From an uncultured delta proteobacterium (lineage in GTDB: Bacteria; Myxococcota_A; Polyangia; Polyangiales; Polyangiaceae): a stretch of 64,000 nucleotides of DNA. Location: the NCBI GenBank assembly GCA_963716725.1, contig CAVQUB010000005.1, positions 192,001 through 256,000 on the forward strand, in the 5' to 3' direction. The first letter of the stretch is position 1; every line of letters starts with the position of its first letter. Under the pieces are notes generated by a model. It had not been told where the DNA came from and made no database searches. It saw nothing but the letters and a program-made list of their open reading frames with translations. Positions 17,819-26,680 of this stretch are shown here, piece after piece. The position numbers and the translations under genes are program-made.

Positions 17819-20800
17819 TCACTCGCCGCCGACGAACTCCCAATCCGCCGCGAAGTCTTCACCCTTGGGCGTGGACAGCGCCTCGCCCTTGGGTCCGTCG
17901 CGGCGCACCACGATGGTGTGGCGGCTCGCGGTGTCTTCGTTTTCGCGAGCGACCACGGTGACGACGTTCATGCCCGGGTTGAGCATTGCGTCGAAGCCGA
18001 ACTTCAGCTTGAGCTGATCGGCCCCTTTGCGGTTCGACTGGTAGTAGACCTTGTGCGCGCCGACGAAGACGTACACGTCGAGCACGCGATCGCCGTCGGT
18101 GGCGGTCCCTTCGATCTTGACCTTGTCCCCGCGCATGGACAACGCAGTCGGCTCGAGGGTGATCAGCGGTGGCGAGTGGCTCAAATGCGCCTTGAAGCTG
18201 GGCTTGCCCGCCCCGGCCCCGTCCTTGAGCGCCGTCGTCTCGACGAAGCCGAAGCGCTCTCCGTCGATGCGCACCTTGGTGAAGGCCGCGAAGGTTCCAA
18301 GTCGATCCACCACCGATCCCTTCGCCAGCTCGCCGACGACGACAGCGCTCGCCTGCGGCTGCCCGCGGACCTGAGCTGGTTGCTCGACGCTGACCTTGCC
18401 GGTCGCTTGGTTGATGAAGACCCCGGAGCGAGTGACGGGGATCACGATCTTCTCGCTCGAGACGACCCTGAGATCGCGATCCGCCATGCTCATCTCGAGC
18501 TTGGCAAAGTTGTCGGTGAGCCCGTCGAGCACGTCGAAGGAGAACGCGACCTCACGCACATCGCCGGGGTTCATACTGGGCAGCTCGAAGCGTCCGCCGC
18601 GCAGCAACAGCCCGTCTCCGGTCAGGTTCCTGATGTTGGCTTGCGTCTCGAATGACTTCCCAGTGCCGACGTTCTTCACCGTCAGGTAGACCGTGACGCC
18701 TTCACCGCGCTGCACCTGCCCATCGCCGTTGGCCGAGCGGTTGTCGGTCACCTGGTACGAAAACGCGAAGGCCGGCCGCGGGAGGCTCTGCACGGTCGGG
18801 CGCAGCTCCTGGTCCTTTGGCGGAGCGCCGCCCTCACCGAAGAAGCGCACCTTGACCACGTCTTGTCGGGTGGTGGCATCTACCGGGATCTTGCACACGC
18901 GCTTGGCGTCGGTGGGCAGCGGCTTGGTGCTCCCGGGCTTGCGGCCGTCGAGCTCGCACCAGCCGAAGGGCACCGTTGCCGTGCGCGATTTTCCGGGTTC
19001 GAGCTTGCCGAAGGCCAGCTCCTTCTCGTCGTAGTAGCCGCCGTCGCTCTTGGTCACGGCCCGCAGCTGATGAATGGGCTCGGTCCCGTTGTTCTTCACG
19101 GTGACCTTCAGGTTCATGGGTTCGCCCGCGGTCACGGTGTCGCCCTTGCGATCGGTCTCGAGTTTGACCTCGAAATCGCCAGCCGCCGGGCCCTTGGCGT
19201 CCTTCGCTGGGGCGCTCCAGTCGATGCCGAGCTTCTGGAGATCGGCGCTGATGGCCTGGATCTGACCGTCCTGCGCCTTCTCGATCACCGGCTTGGCCGC
19301 CCGGAGCTGGTCCGGTCGTTTGCCCTGCGGCAGCTTGCCGACCAGGTCGCGCCCGAAGGCGATGGGGAAGTCCAGCTGGAACTCGTCTTCGAGATCGCCG
19401 CCGAGGTCGCGCATCTTCGCGCGCTCGGTCTCGGGCAGGTTGTAGCGCAGCTTGTAGTTCGGCCGGTCGCTCGATCGGCGGCTCGCTCCGCCCAAGCTCT
19501 TCGTGAGGTCGCGCTCGCGCACGGGGCTCTCTTCGCTGTAGAGGTCCATCTCGAGCGTATCGGCGGTCATCGGATCGAGCTGCACGTCGGGCGCAACGCC
19601 CACACCCTGGATCGACACGTCGCCCGGAGTCAGGTACTGCGCGATGGTCAGCTTGAGCGCCGCGCCGTCGGGGGTGATGCGCGGGAACACCAGCTGCACG
19701 GTGCCCTTGCCGAAACTGGTCTGGCCGACGATGACCGCCCGCTCTTGGTTCTTGAGCGCGCCGGAGACGATCTCACTGGCGCTGGCGCTCGATCCACTCT
19801 GCAAGACCACGATGGGGTAGTTCGGCTCGGTGCCCCGAGGCGTAGCCTTCTTTTCTTCACGGCCCTCGGCCGCGCCCACGGTTGCCACGATCGGGCCGTT
19901 CTCGAGGAACTTGTCGGCGACCTTCGCCGCCTGATCGAGCAGGCCTCCGGGGTTGCCGCGCAGATCGAGCACCAGCCCCTTGAGGGCTTCGCCCTTGGAC
20001 AGCGCCGAGAGCGCCGCGTCGAGCTCGTCGGCCGTGCTCGACTGAAACTGCTTCAGGCGCACGTAGCCGATGCCCGGCGCCAGCGAGCGGTAGTCCACGC
20101 TCTTGATGCGGATCTCTTCCCGCGTGAGCTCGAAGGGGCGCGACCCTTGCCAGCCCTCGGTGCCGTCGCGGTGCACCCAGATGGTGACCTTGGAGCCGGG
20201 CTTGCCCCGCAAGCGCTTGACCGCGTCGTCCAGCGGCATGTTGAGCGTCGACTCGTTGTTGATCTTCATGATGCGGTCGAGCCGCTTCAGCCCCGCACGA
20301 CCCGCCGGCGTGTCGGGCATGGGGCGCATGATGGTGAGCTGCTGATCGCGAATGGAGATGACGATGCCGAGCCCGCCGAAGTGCCCCGACGTGGAGAGGT
20401 TCATCTCCTTGTAGGCCTCGGGGCTCAAGAAGACGCTGTGGGGATCGAGCGTGCGCAGCATGCCGTTGCAGGCCGCGTACTCGATGTCACGCAGATCGAC
20501 CTCGGTGTCCTTGAGGTTCGACTGGAGGAAGGCGAAGACCTCGCGCAGCCGTGCCGCCACGTCCCACGGGCCTTGGATGTTGTCGACGCGGAAATCCTTC
20601 TCTTCGGTGTCGACCCGCACCTTGACGGTTGGCGACTTTTCTTCGTGAAGGATGATGACCTGCGCGACCTCTTTCTGAACCTGGTTCAACGCACTCAAGA
20701 ACATCTGCTGGGGTTTGACGCGCCCGGGATCGACGTACTTGTCGCGGATGGTCTTGAGCGTCTCGTTGACGGCGGTGAGCTGCGTCAGATCGTAGGGGAC

Positions 20801-20947
20801 CTTGGCGCCGCCCGGCGCGCCGACCGCGTGGGCCGCCTCGAGCCCCTTCCAGAGGCCGCCAGTGCCGAACTGGAGCGCGAAATACGAGGCGAGGGCGAAC
20901 ACCCCCAGAACGACGACCGCGCGGCCGAGCCGCTCCAGAATTCGCAT
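17819..20947 (-). CDS. S41 carboxyl-terminal protease, MXAN_5808-like long form
   Basis: LDPHS, FGGLGI PDZ, LDLRGNPGGLL, SASASEIV, G.TSFGKGTVQ, LKLTIAQYLTPG; C-terminal Ig-like and SH3-like extensions. Confidence 0.92.
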   Translation of the reverse strand: MRILERLGRAVVVLGVFALASYFALQFGTGGLWKGLEAAHAVGAPGGAKVPYDLTQLTAVNETLKTIRDKYVDPGRVKPQQMFLSALNQVQKEVAQVIILHEEKSPTVKVRVDTEEKDFRVDNIQGPWDVAARLREVFAFLQSNLKDTEVDLRDIEYAACNGMLRTLDPHSVFLSPEAYKEMNLSTSGHFGGLGIVISIRDQQLTIMRPMPDTPAGRAGLKRLDRIMKINNESTLNMPLDDAVKRLRGKPGSKVTIWVHRDGTEGWQGSRPFELTREEIRIKSVDYRSLAPGIGYVRLKQFQSSTADELDAALSALSKGEALKGLVLDLRGNPGGLLDQAAKVADKFLENGPIVATVGAAEGREEKKATPRGTEPNYPIVVLQSGSSASASEIVSGALKNQERAVIVGQTSFGKGTVQLVFPRITPDGAALKLTIAQYLTPGDVSIQGVGVAPDVQLDPMTADTLEMDLYSEESPVRERDLTKSLGGASRRSSDRPNYKLRYNLPETERAKMRDLGGDLEDEFQLDFPIAFGRDLVGKLPQGKRPDQLRAAKPVIEKAQDGQIQAISADLQKLGIDWSAPAKDAKGPAAGDFEVKLETDRKGDTVTAGEPMNLKVTVKNNGTEPIHQLRAVTKSDGGYYDEKELAFGKLEPGKSRTATVPFGWCELDGRKPGSTKPLPTDAKRVCKIPVDATTRQDVVKVRFFGEGGAPPKDQELRPTVQSLPRPAFAFSYQVTDNRSANGDGQVQRGEGVTVYLTVKNVGTGKSFETQANIRNLTGDGLLLRGGRFELPSMNPGDVREVAFSFDVLDGLTDNFAKLEMSMADRDLRVVSSEKIVIPVTRSGVFINQATGKVSVEQPAQVRGQPQASAVVVGELAKGSVVDRLGTFAAFTKVRIDGERFGFVETTALKDGAGAGKPSFKAHLSHSPPLITLEPTALSMRGDKVKIEGTATDGDRVLDVYVFVGAHKVYYQSNRKGADQLKLKFGFDAMLNPGMNVVTVVARENEDTASRHTIVVRRDGPKGEALSTPKGEDFAADWEFVGGE

Positions 20948-21050
20948 CGGAGCGGCAGTATAGAACGAGGAATCGAGTTCAGCCGCTTCGTTGCAGGGCC
21001 CCCGTCTTTCTTCGGGAAACCCGCCAAACTCCCTGTTACCCTGCGCCGCG

Positions 21051-21497
21051 ATGTCCCTGAGCTGCCCCCGCGACCAGAGCCCGCTCACGCCCCAGACCTA
21101 CGAGGCCAAGATCGAAGTCGATGCCTGCCCGAGCTGTCGGGGCGTGTGGCTCGACAAGGGCGAGCTCGAAGCCATCCAGGAAGCCAAAGAGAACGACTAC
21201 TCGAAGACCTTGGCGGACCTGCCCGACTCCGTGGCCCGGAGCGTCAACAAGGTCGCGCAGACCCACAGCGGGCCCGTCGCTTGCCCCAAGTGCGGCACCG
21301 AGATGGACGTGCGCGAGTACGCCTACTGCTCCCAGATCATGATCGATGCCTGCCCGGAGGGGTGTGGCATCTGGCTCGACGTGGGCGAGCTGCAGGCGCT
21401 CGAGAAGTTCTTCGAGCAGAGCCAGGCCGAAGCGGGCGATCTGATCCCGCTGCGCTGGCGGCTGTGGGCGACGCTCTCCGGCGTATTCCGCAAGTGA
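21051..21497 (+). CDS. Double zinc-ribbon (zf-TFIIB) protein
   Basis: Two CPxC...D.CP.C.G.WLD.GEL repeats. Confidence 0.85.
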   Translation: MSLSCPRDQSPLTPQTYEAKIEVDACPSCRGVWLDKGELEAIQEAKENDYSKTLADLPDSVARSVNKVAQTHSGPVACPKCGTEMDVREYAYCSQIMIDACPEGCGIWLDVGELQALEKFFEQSQAEAGDLIPLRWRLWATLSGVFRK

Positions 21498-21564
21498 AGG
21501 CGCGGGTGCGCGAGGGCGAGGTCGAGGACACGGCCACGCTCCACGGGTGTAGCCTGACGGCGTC

Positions 21565-22272
21565 ATGATGCGCCACGGACTTTGGATTGGCGTTGCGCTG
21601 GTGCTCGTCGCAGCCTGTCGCGATCGAGCGAGCCCCAGCTCGTCGCCGCCCGGCACGTCGGCCGCGTCTGCGCCGTCGACTCTCTCAACTGCGCCGAGCG
21701 CGCCATCGCCCACGGCCCCGTCGCCGGACTCGGTCTGCACCAGGGACGACGAGTGCGCGGTCGCGCGCATCGCCGTGGCGGGCAAGTACGCGTGTTGTCC
21801 GGCCTGTGAGACGACGCCGGGCACCCGTCGCTGGCACGCGACGCTCCAACGTCACTGCGCAGCGCAGCCGCCGACGGACTGCTTCCCCCTCGCGTGTCCG
21901 CAAGGGCCGACGCGAGCTGTCTGTCGCGAAGGACGATGCCAGGCGACAGCTGACGGACCCGATGGAGGCCCCGCCTTCGTCCAGGTGGAGCGACGCTGCC
22001 TGCCAGCGCTGGTGTGTGATTCTTGGGCGGGTTGCACCCTCGCGATCGGCAACGCACAGGACGGATGGTTCGTGCACGAGTCGGAGCGAGCATCACGCGG
22101 CGAGATCGTCGGTCTCGCTCGGGTCGCCACGACCGACGGAGGGGTGGCAGAAGCGTTTCGGCTGAGCCCCCGTGACGTCAAATGCCTGCCGCACGGCGTG
22201 CCTCCGGTGCTCTCGCCGCCGCCGTCGTGCACGGAGGTCGACGGGCACTGCCGACCGGCCGGCGGCAGCTGA
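21565..22272 (+). CDS. Cys-rich lipoprotein, hypothetical
   Basis: Lipobox LVAA-C, Ser/Pro linker, C.RDDEC...CC..C motifs. Confidence 0.75.
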   Translation: MMRHGLWIGVALVLVAACRDRASPSSSPPGTSAASAPSTLSTAPSAPSPTAPSPDSVCTRDDECAVARIAVAGKYACCPACETTPGTRRWHATLQRHCAAQPPTDCFPLACPQGPTRAVCREGRCQATADGPDGGPAFVQVERRCLPALVCDSWAGCTLAIGNAQDGWFVHESERASRGEIVGLARVATTDGGVAEAFRLSPRDVKCLPHGVPPVLSPPPSCTEVDGHCRPAGGS

Positions 22273-22877
22273 TTCTCGCGCTCGAGAACCCGCGCATACT
22301 GTCCGTGCATGTCACGCGCCCTCGTCGCCGCGTCCATCGTAACGGTCGGCTCGCTCGTCGGCTGCGGTGACGAAGGCGATGGCGTCGTCGTCGCCCTCGC
22401 CTGGGCTTGTCCAGTACAGAATGCTCTGGCACGACGCCGGAACGAGGTGAATACGCGCAGCGATGTAGTGACCGAACTCGTGCGCTGGCGCGCCCAAGGG
22501 TGAGGTTTCGTCGAGCGCCTCGCCAAGGCGCTGGTCCATGCGCGCGGTGGCGCATTCTGCCTCGCGTGACGGTCAGCAGCGGCAACCCGAGCTCAGTCAG
22601 CCACCCAGACCTAACTCTCGACCTCTGACCGCCACGCGCGTGCCCTTGGGCTCGGTGGCCTTTGGCAGTTCGTTCTTCCTACGCGCTCGTTCTTCCTACG
22701 CGCCAGCACGACGAGAAACCGCCCGTGCCACATCATGGGCCCAGCCCCATTCTCGGGTCCGCGTTGGCCGCGCGGGGGCGGCTCAGGCTGGGCATTCGGT
22801 CGTTCTGATGCAAAAATCTGGAGCATGAAGCTCACTCGCCGACGCCCGCTGTCCGCGCCGCAGCGGCTGGCCTCGCC

Positions 22878-23673
22878 ATGACTCCCGGGCAGCTGCACGA
22901 GGTCTGGGCGATGCTCGACCGCGAGCACCTGGCGCAGGTGGCGCGCAGGGGACCGACTCCGATCTTCGCCACCATCAGCGGCGCTCATCTCTACGGGTTC
23001 GCCTCGCCGGACAGCGATGTCGACCTGCGCGGCGCCTTCATGCTGACCGCACGCGAGATGCTCGGCCTGCACCCGCCGTCGGAGACGATCACGATCGACG
23101 ACAAGAGCAGCATCGACCTCGACTGGGTGGCGCACGACATTCGCAAGTTCGCACGCTTGATGACCAACCACAACGGCTACGTCCTCGAACAGCTCTTCTC
23201 TCCTTTGGTGGTGATCTCGACTCCGCACCACGAAGAGCTGATCGAGCTCGGCAAGGGCTGCGTCACCCGGCCGACAGCGCGGCACTACCAGGGCTTTGCC
23301 CGGGGCCGGCGCCAGCGTCTCGCCGAGCCAGAGCCCACGGTCAAGCACCTGCTCTACGCCTACCGTGTGTTGCTCACCGGGATTCATCTCATGCAGACCG
23401 GCGAAGTGGTCGCCAACATCTTGGTGCTCAACGAGCGGTTCCGCCTCAGACGAGATCGAAGAGTTGGTGGCGCGCAAGCGAGAAGGCGCGGAGAAGATGC
23501 GGCTGGACGCGCGTGATCTCGACGAGCACGCGAGCCTGCTCGACCGCCTCGAATCCCAACTCCAGGAGGCCCACGACGCGAGCAGACTCCCCGAGGAGCC
23601 GACCTCGGCGGCTGCGCTCGATGCCTTCGTCGTCCGCCTTCGGCTTGCTGCAGCGGGCGAGGAGGCCGGCTGA
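22878..23673 (+). CDS. RlaP/YcgL-type Pol-beta nucleotidyltransferase 1 (frameshift near 23448)
   Basis: SGAHLYGFASPDSDVDLRG, KF..L....NGYVLEQLFSP, HY.GFA, KHLLYAYRVLLTGIHL; continues in the next frame (DEIEELVARKREG...LPEEP). Confidence 0.85.
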
Positions 23674-24830
23674 TGTTCGATCTCGGTCAGCACACCATCT
23701 TCCTCACCCTAGCCGGCAGTCATGCCCACGGGACGGCTCGGCACGGCTCGGACATCGACTTACGCGGAGTCTGCATCGCCCCGCTGTCGCTGCGGCTCTC
23801 GCTCTTCCGTGGTTTCGAGCAGTATGAGGGTGTATTGCCGGAGGCCGTGGGCGAGGCCGTCCTCCCGGGCATCCAGGCGCATCCGAGCGCGTCACGGGCG
23901 CTCGACGGCAAGACCGAGTGCGTGATCTTCGACGTTGCGAAGTTCGTCGGCCTCTGCGCCGCCGCTAACCCGAACGCGCTCGAGATCCTGTTTGCCGATG
24001 AGCGGGACTGGGTCTTCGAGACACGCGCCTGGCGGCGGCTGTACGGCGAGCGCCACCGATTCCTCACCAAGAAGGTCCAGCAGACCTTCCTTGGCTACGC
24101 GATGGCGCAGCTCAGGAAGATCAAGACCCACCGCTCATGGCTCCTGAATCCGCCCGCCAAGAAGCCCGCCCGCGAAGACTTCGGGCTGCCTGTCGCTGGC
24201 GGCACTCTGGGCCGCGACGACCAGAGCCGCATCGAGCAGAGCGTCGCCGACAAGATCCGCAGCTACGGGATCGACAACATCGACATGCCCAAGCCGACAC
24301 GCGTCGCGGTCCAGGAACGCTTGGACTCCCTCTGCTGCGACCTGCTCTCAGCCTCGGAAGACGACCTGGAAGCGCGCATGCGAGCCGTAGCCACACGCTC
24401 GCTGAGCCTCCCGCCGGATGTCGTGGCCGCGCTGAACGCGGAGAAGAAGTACCAGGCCGCGGTGAAGCACTGGGAGGCGTTCCAGACCTGGAAGACCAAC
24501 CGCAATCCCGCTCGCGCGGAGCTCGAGCGCAAACACGGCTACGACAGCAAGCACGCGATGCACCTCGTCCGCCTCATGCGCATGGGGCTCGAGGTGCTCG
24601 AAACCGGCGCCCTCCGGGTCCGGCGTGACGATGCCGACGAGCTGTCTGCCATCCGCGACGGCGCGATGTCGTACGCGGGTCTGCTCGAACAGGCGGAAGC
24701 CCTGCGCTCCCAGATGGGAGCGGCGGTTGAGAGCTCATGCCTGCCCGACGACGTCGACTACCCCTGCATCGACGGCCTGGTCCATGAGCTGGTCATGTCT
24801 GCCGACGCCACGGGCGTGTCGTCGGGATAG
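23673..24830 (+). CDS. RlaP-type Pol-beta nucleotidyltransferase 2
   Basis: GSHAHG...SDIDLRG, ANPNALEILF, F.GYA..QL, RNPARAELERKHGYDSKHAMHLVRL, L.AIRDG motifs; ATG overlaps the upstream stop. Confidence 0.9.
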   Translation: MFDLGQHTIFLTLAGSHAHGTARHGSDIDLRGVCIAPLSLRLSLFRGFEQYEGVLPEAVGEAVLPGIQAHPSASRALDGKTECVIFDVAKFVGLCAAANPNALEILFADERDWVFETRAWRRLYGERHRFLTKKVQQTFLGYAMAQLRKIKTHRSWLLNPPAKKPAREDFGLPVAGGTLGRDDQSRIEQSVADKIRSYGIDNIDMPKPTRVAVQERLDSLCCDLLSASEDDLEARMRAVATRSLSLPPDVVAALNAEKKYQAAVKHWEAFQTWKTNRNPARAELERKHGYDSKHAMHLVRLMRMGLEVLETGALRVRRDDADELSAIRDGAMSYAGLLEQAEALRSQMGAAVESSCLPDDVDYPCIDGLVHELVMSADATGVSSG

Positions 24831-24859
24831 CCGTCAGCGCGCCTCGAGTCGGCGCTGCG

Positions 24860-25507
24860 CAGCGCTGGCAATGGCCCGACAGGCGGCGCTGTTCGGTGGC
24901 AGTCGAGGCTTTGGGGTAGAGCAAGTGCCTCAGCTCGCGATTGCGGAAGCCGGCGGTGGCGAATTCGCCACGTGAGATGGCGTGCAGGATCGCCAGGTCG
25001 TCGGCGTCGCCGATGCGCAGGGCGCGGAAGCGTCGGCCGCTGTCGACGACGGGGCGAGCGACGGCGTCGAAGAGGTGGGCGCACGGGGTGGTGTCGTCGA
25101 CCGCGGCGAGGGCGTCGAGGTAGCGCTCGTTGGAGCGCTGGGAAAGCTCGGCGCGACGGTGCAGGTCGGCGACGCCCTTGCGCAACGGCCGCCAGTGGAG
25201 CTTGCCGTCGGGGTCGTCGTGGGGCGGCCGCAGCACCTTGAAGTCGTTGGTCCGCGCGATGGTGGTTTCGACGCGCAGGATGCTGCCGGCCTTGTCGTAC
25301 ATCTTGATGGAGTTGCCGCGCACCCAGTGCTTGACGCGCACGCCCTCGGCGCGGTCCTTGAAGCTCGTGGTGATCTCGCCGGTGAAGTTGCCGCTGGCCT
25401 CTGCGCCCGAGAAAGCGCATCACGTCGGGGCTCTGGAAATGCTGGATCGCGGCCGGCCAGTCGGTTTCGAGCTGCTCGTCCATCAGGCGCTGCGCGAGCC
25501 GCGGATT
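24860..25507 (-). pseudogene. Remnant of an uncharacterised mobile-element protein (C-terminal wHTH; SIKMYDK..LRVETTI family)
   Basis: Pieces AQRLMDEQLETDW / QHFQSPDVMRFLGR / GNFTGEITTSFKDRAEGVRVKHW.RGNSIKMYDKAGSILRVETTI...LRKGVADLHRRA..SQ.SNERYL...GEF...GFRNRELR, with a frameshift and truncation at both ends. Confidence 0.7.
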
Positions 25508-25575
25508 CGACGCGCCCGTGCCAAGAGCGCTTCCGAGCCCTCGAAACCACGCTGACAGCGCCGCCCCGATTCCCA

Positions 25576-25610
25576 TTGCCTGTTGTCTGTTGCCTGTCTC
25601 CTGTCTCCTG
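25576..25610 (-). repeat. Heptamer array (CAGGAGA)2 CAGGCAA CAGACAA CAGGCAA
   Basis: Same five-unit layout, followed by TGG, as 4474-4511 but in inverted orientation. Confidence 0.9.
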
Positions 25611-25633
25611 TTATCCCGTGCCGCGGCCGCTCG

Positions 25634-25656
25634 CTTTTTTCCCGACAGGCTCCTAG
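25634..25656 (-). mobile_element. Putative IS terminal inverted repeat with CTAG target site
   Basis: CTAG-GAGCCTGTCGGGAAAAAAG on the minus strand; near-identical to 4415-4432, which lacks TGTC. Confidence 0.55.
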
Positions 25657-25661
25657 TACAC

Positions 25662-26216
25662 TCACAGACCCTCTGGGTGAGCGGAGAGCCAAGCGGACCA
25701 TCGGTGGCGCAGCTCCGCCACTCGCGCTCGGCTGGCGAGAAAAAGGTCGGCTCCTCCGTCGTAGGGCGCGTAGACCTCGCCCGAACGAGGGTTGTAAAGC
25801 GCAACCGACGGCAGGCGATCGTCAGCAATGTCGCGAATCAGATCGTCCCAGTGGCCTGCGGACCAGAGCGCTGGGCTCGCGCTGACCGCTAGCGGTCCGT
25901 CCGTGGCGTCTGGGTTCGCGACCACGATTTCGGAAAAGGAAAGCCGCCTTGCCCAGGGAAATTCCGCGAAGGACGCTGCATGGTCTTCGGGACGACCCCA
26001 GGTGCAAAGGCAGATGACCACCTGCTCCCCATCACCCAAGACCTCGACAGCGACGTCGTTGTGTCGGCGCAGCAACTCGGCGTACTCGGGCTCGGTGTTT
26101 GCGTATCGTTGCGACCCGGGCAGGCTGTGAATTCTGAGCCAGCGCTCGGGCAGTTCCCGCCGGAGGATGTGAGCTACCGCCGGAAGCTCGCCGTAGTGTT
26201 CTGTCCAGGACTTCAC
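25662..26216 (-). CDS. DUF3885-like protein
   Basis: RWLRIHSLP.S.RYA...E...LL.RHN and YAPYDGG.D...W.S.HP.GL motifs. Confidence 0.75.
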   Translation of the reverse strand: MKSWTEHYGELPAVAHILRRELPERWLRIHSLPGSQRYANTEPEYAELLRRHNDVAVEVLGDGEQVVICLCTWGRPEDHAASFAEFPWARRLSFSEIVVANPDATDGPLAVSASPALWSAGHWDDLIRDIADDRLPSVALYNPRSGEVYAPYDGGADLFLASRARVAELRHRWSAWLSAHPEGL

Positions 26217-26242
26217 CTTCAGCTGCCCGCGAGCGTTAGCGT

Positions 26243-26665
26243 TTGACCTCGACGCTATCCGAGGGGTCAGGGTTGCTGCAAGACGCCGGCGATGAGCGCC
26301 TTGAATTCGAACTGGTGAGCAGGCAGTTCGTCGCCGGCACGCCCGTCGGGGACCCTTCGCTGGTGTTGCTGCCTGCTATCCAGAAGCACCTCACGGACTA
26401 CCTGATCCCGACTTCGAGCGCGTGGACGGCAAATTGGATCGTGATCGCCGCTCCCAGCGGGACGAAACTGACCTTCGATGGCGCGCCGCCCAGCGGGTGC
26501 AGCGTGGAGCCCGCCGGGACGCTCGGCGGAAAGGCGTACGAGTCCGTCCGGTGCGCCGTTGGCTCCGGCGTGCACCGGCTGAAGGGCGACCAACCCTTCG
26601 GGGTGACAGTCTACGGGTACGGCACGAGCAGCTCCTACGCGTTCGTCGGCGGCGCCGCGCGCTAG
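26243..26665 (+). pseudogene. C-terminal fragment of an IgGFc-binding-domain protein
   Basis: GDPSL.LLP...Y...GVH.L..DQPFGV.VYGYG..SSYA..GG; N-terminus missing. Confidence 0.7.
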
Positions 26666-26680
26666 AAAGCGCGCCACGTT

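Noticed and set aside
18863..21568. Long antisense or alternate-frame ORFs (e.g. 901 aa here, 55881..58610, 32863..34902, 62398..63993)
   Set aside because: Shadow ORFs of real genes, expected at this GC content; Arg/Ala-rich with no motifs.
24867..24884. GGCAATGG/CCCGACAGGC as the partner end of the 25.6-kb module
   Set aside because: Matches are only 8-10 bp, the CCCGACAGGC is in direct rather than inverted orientation, and it is explained by codons RRLSG of the remnant.
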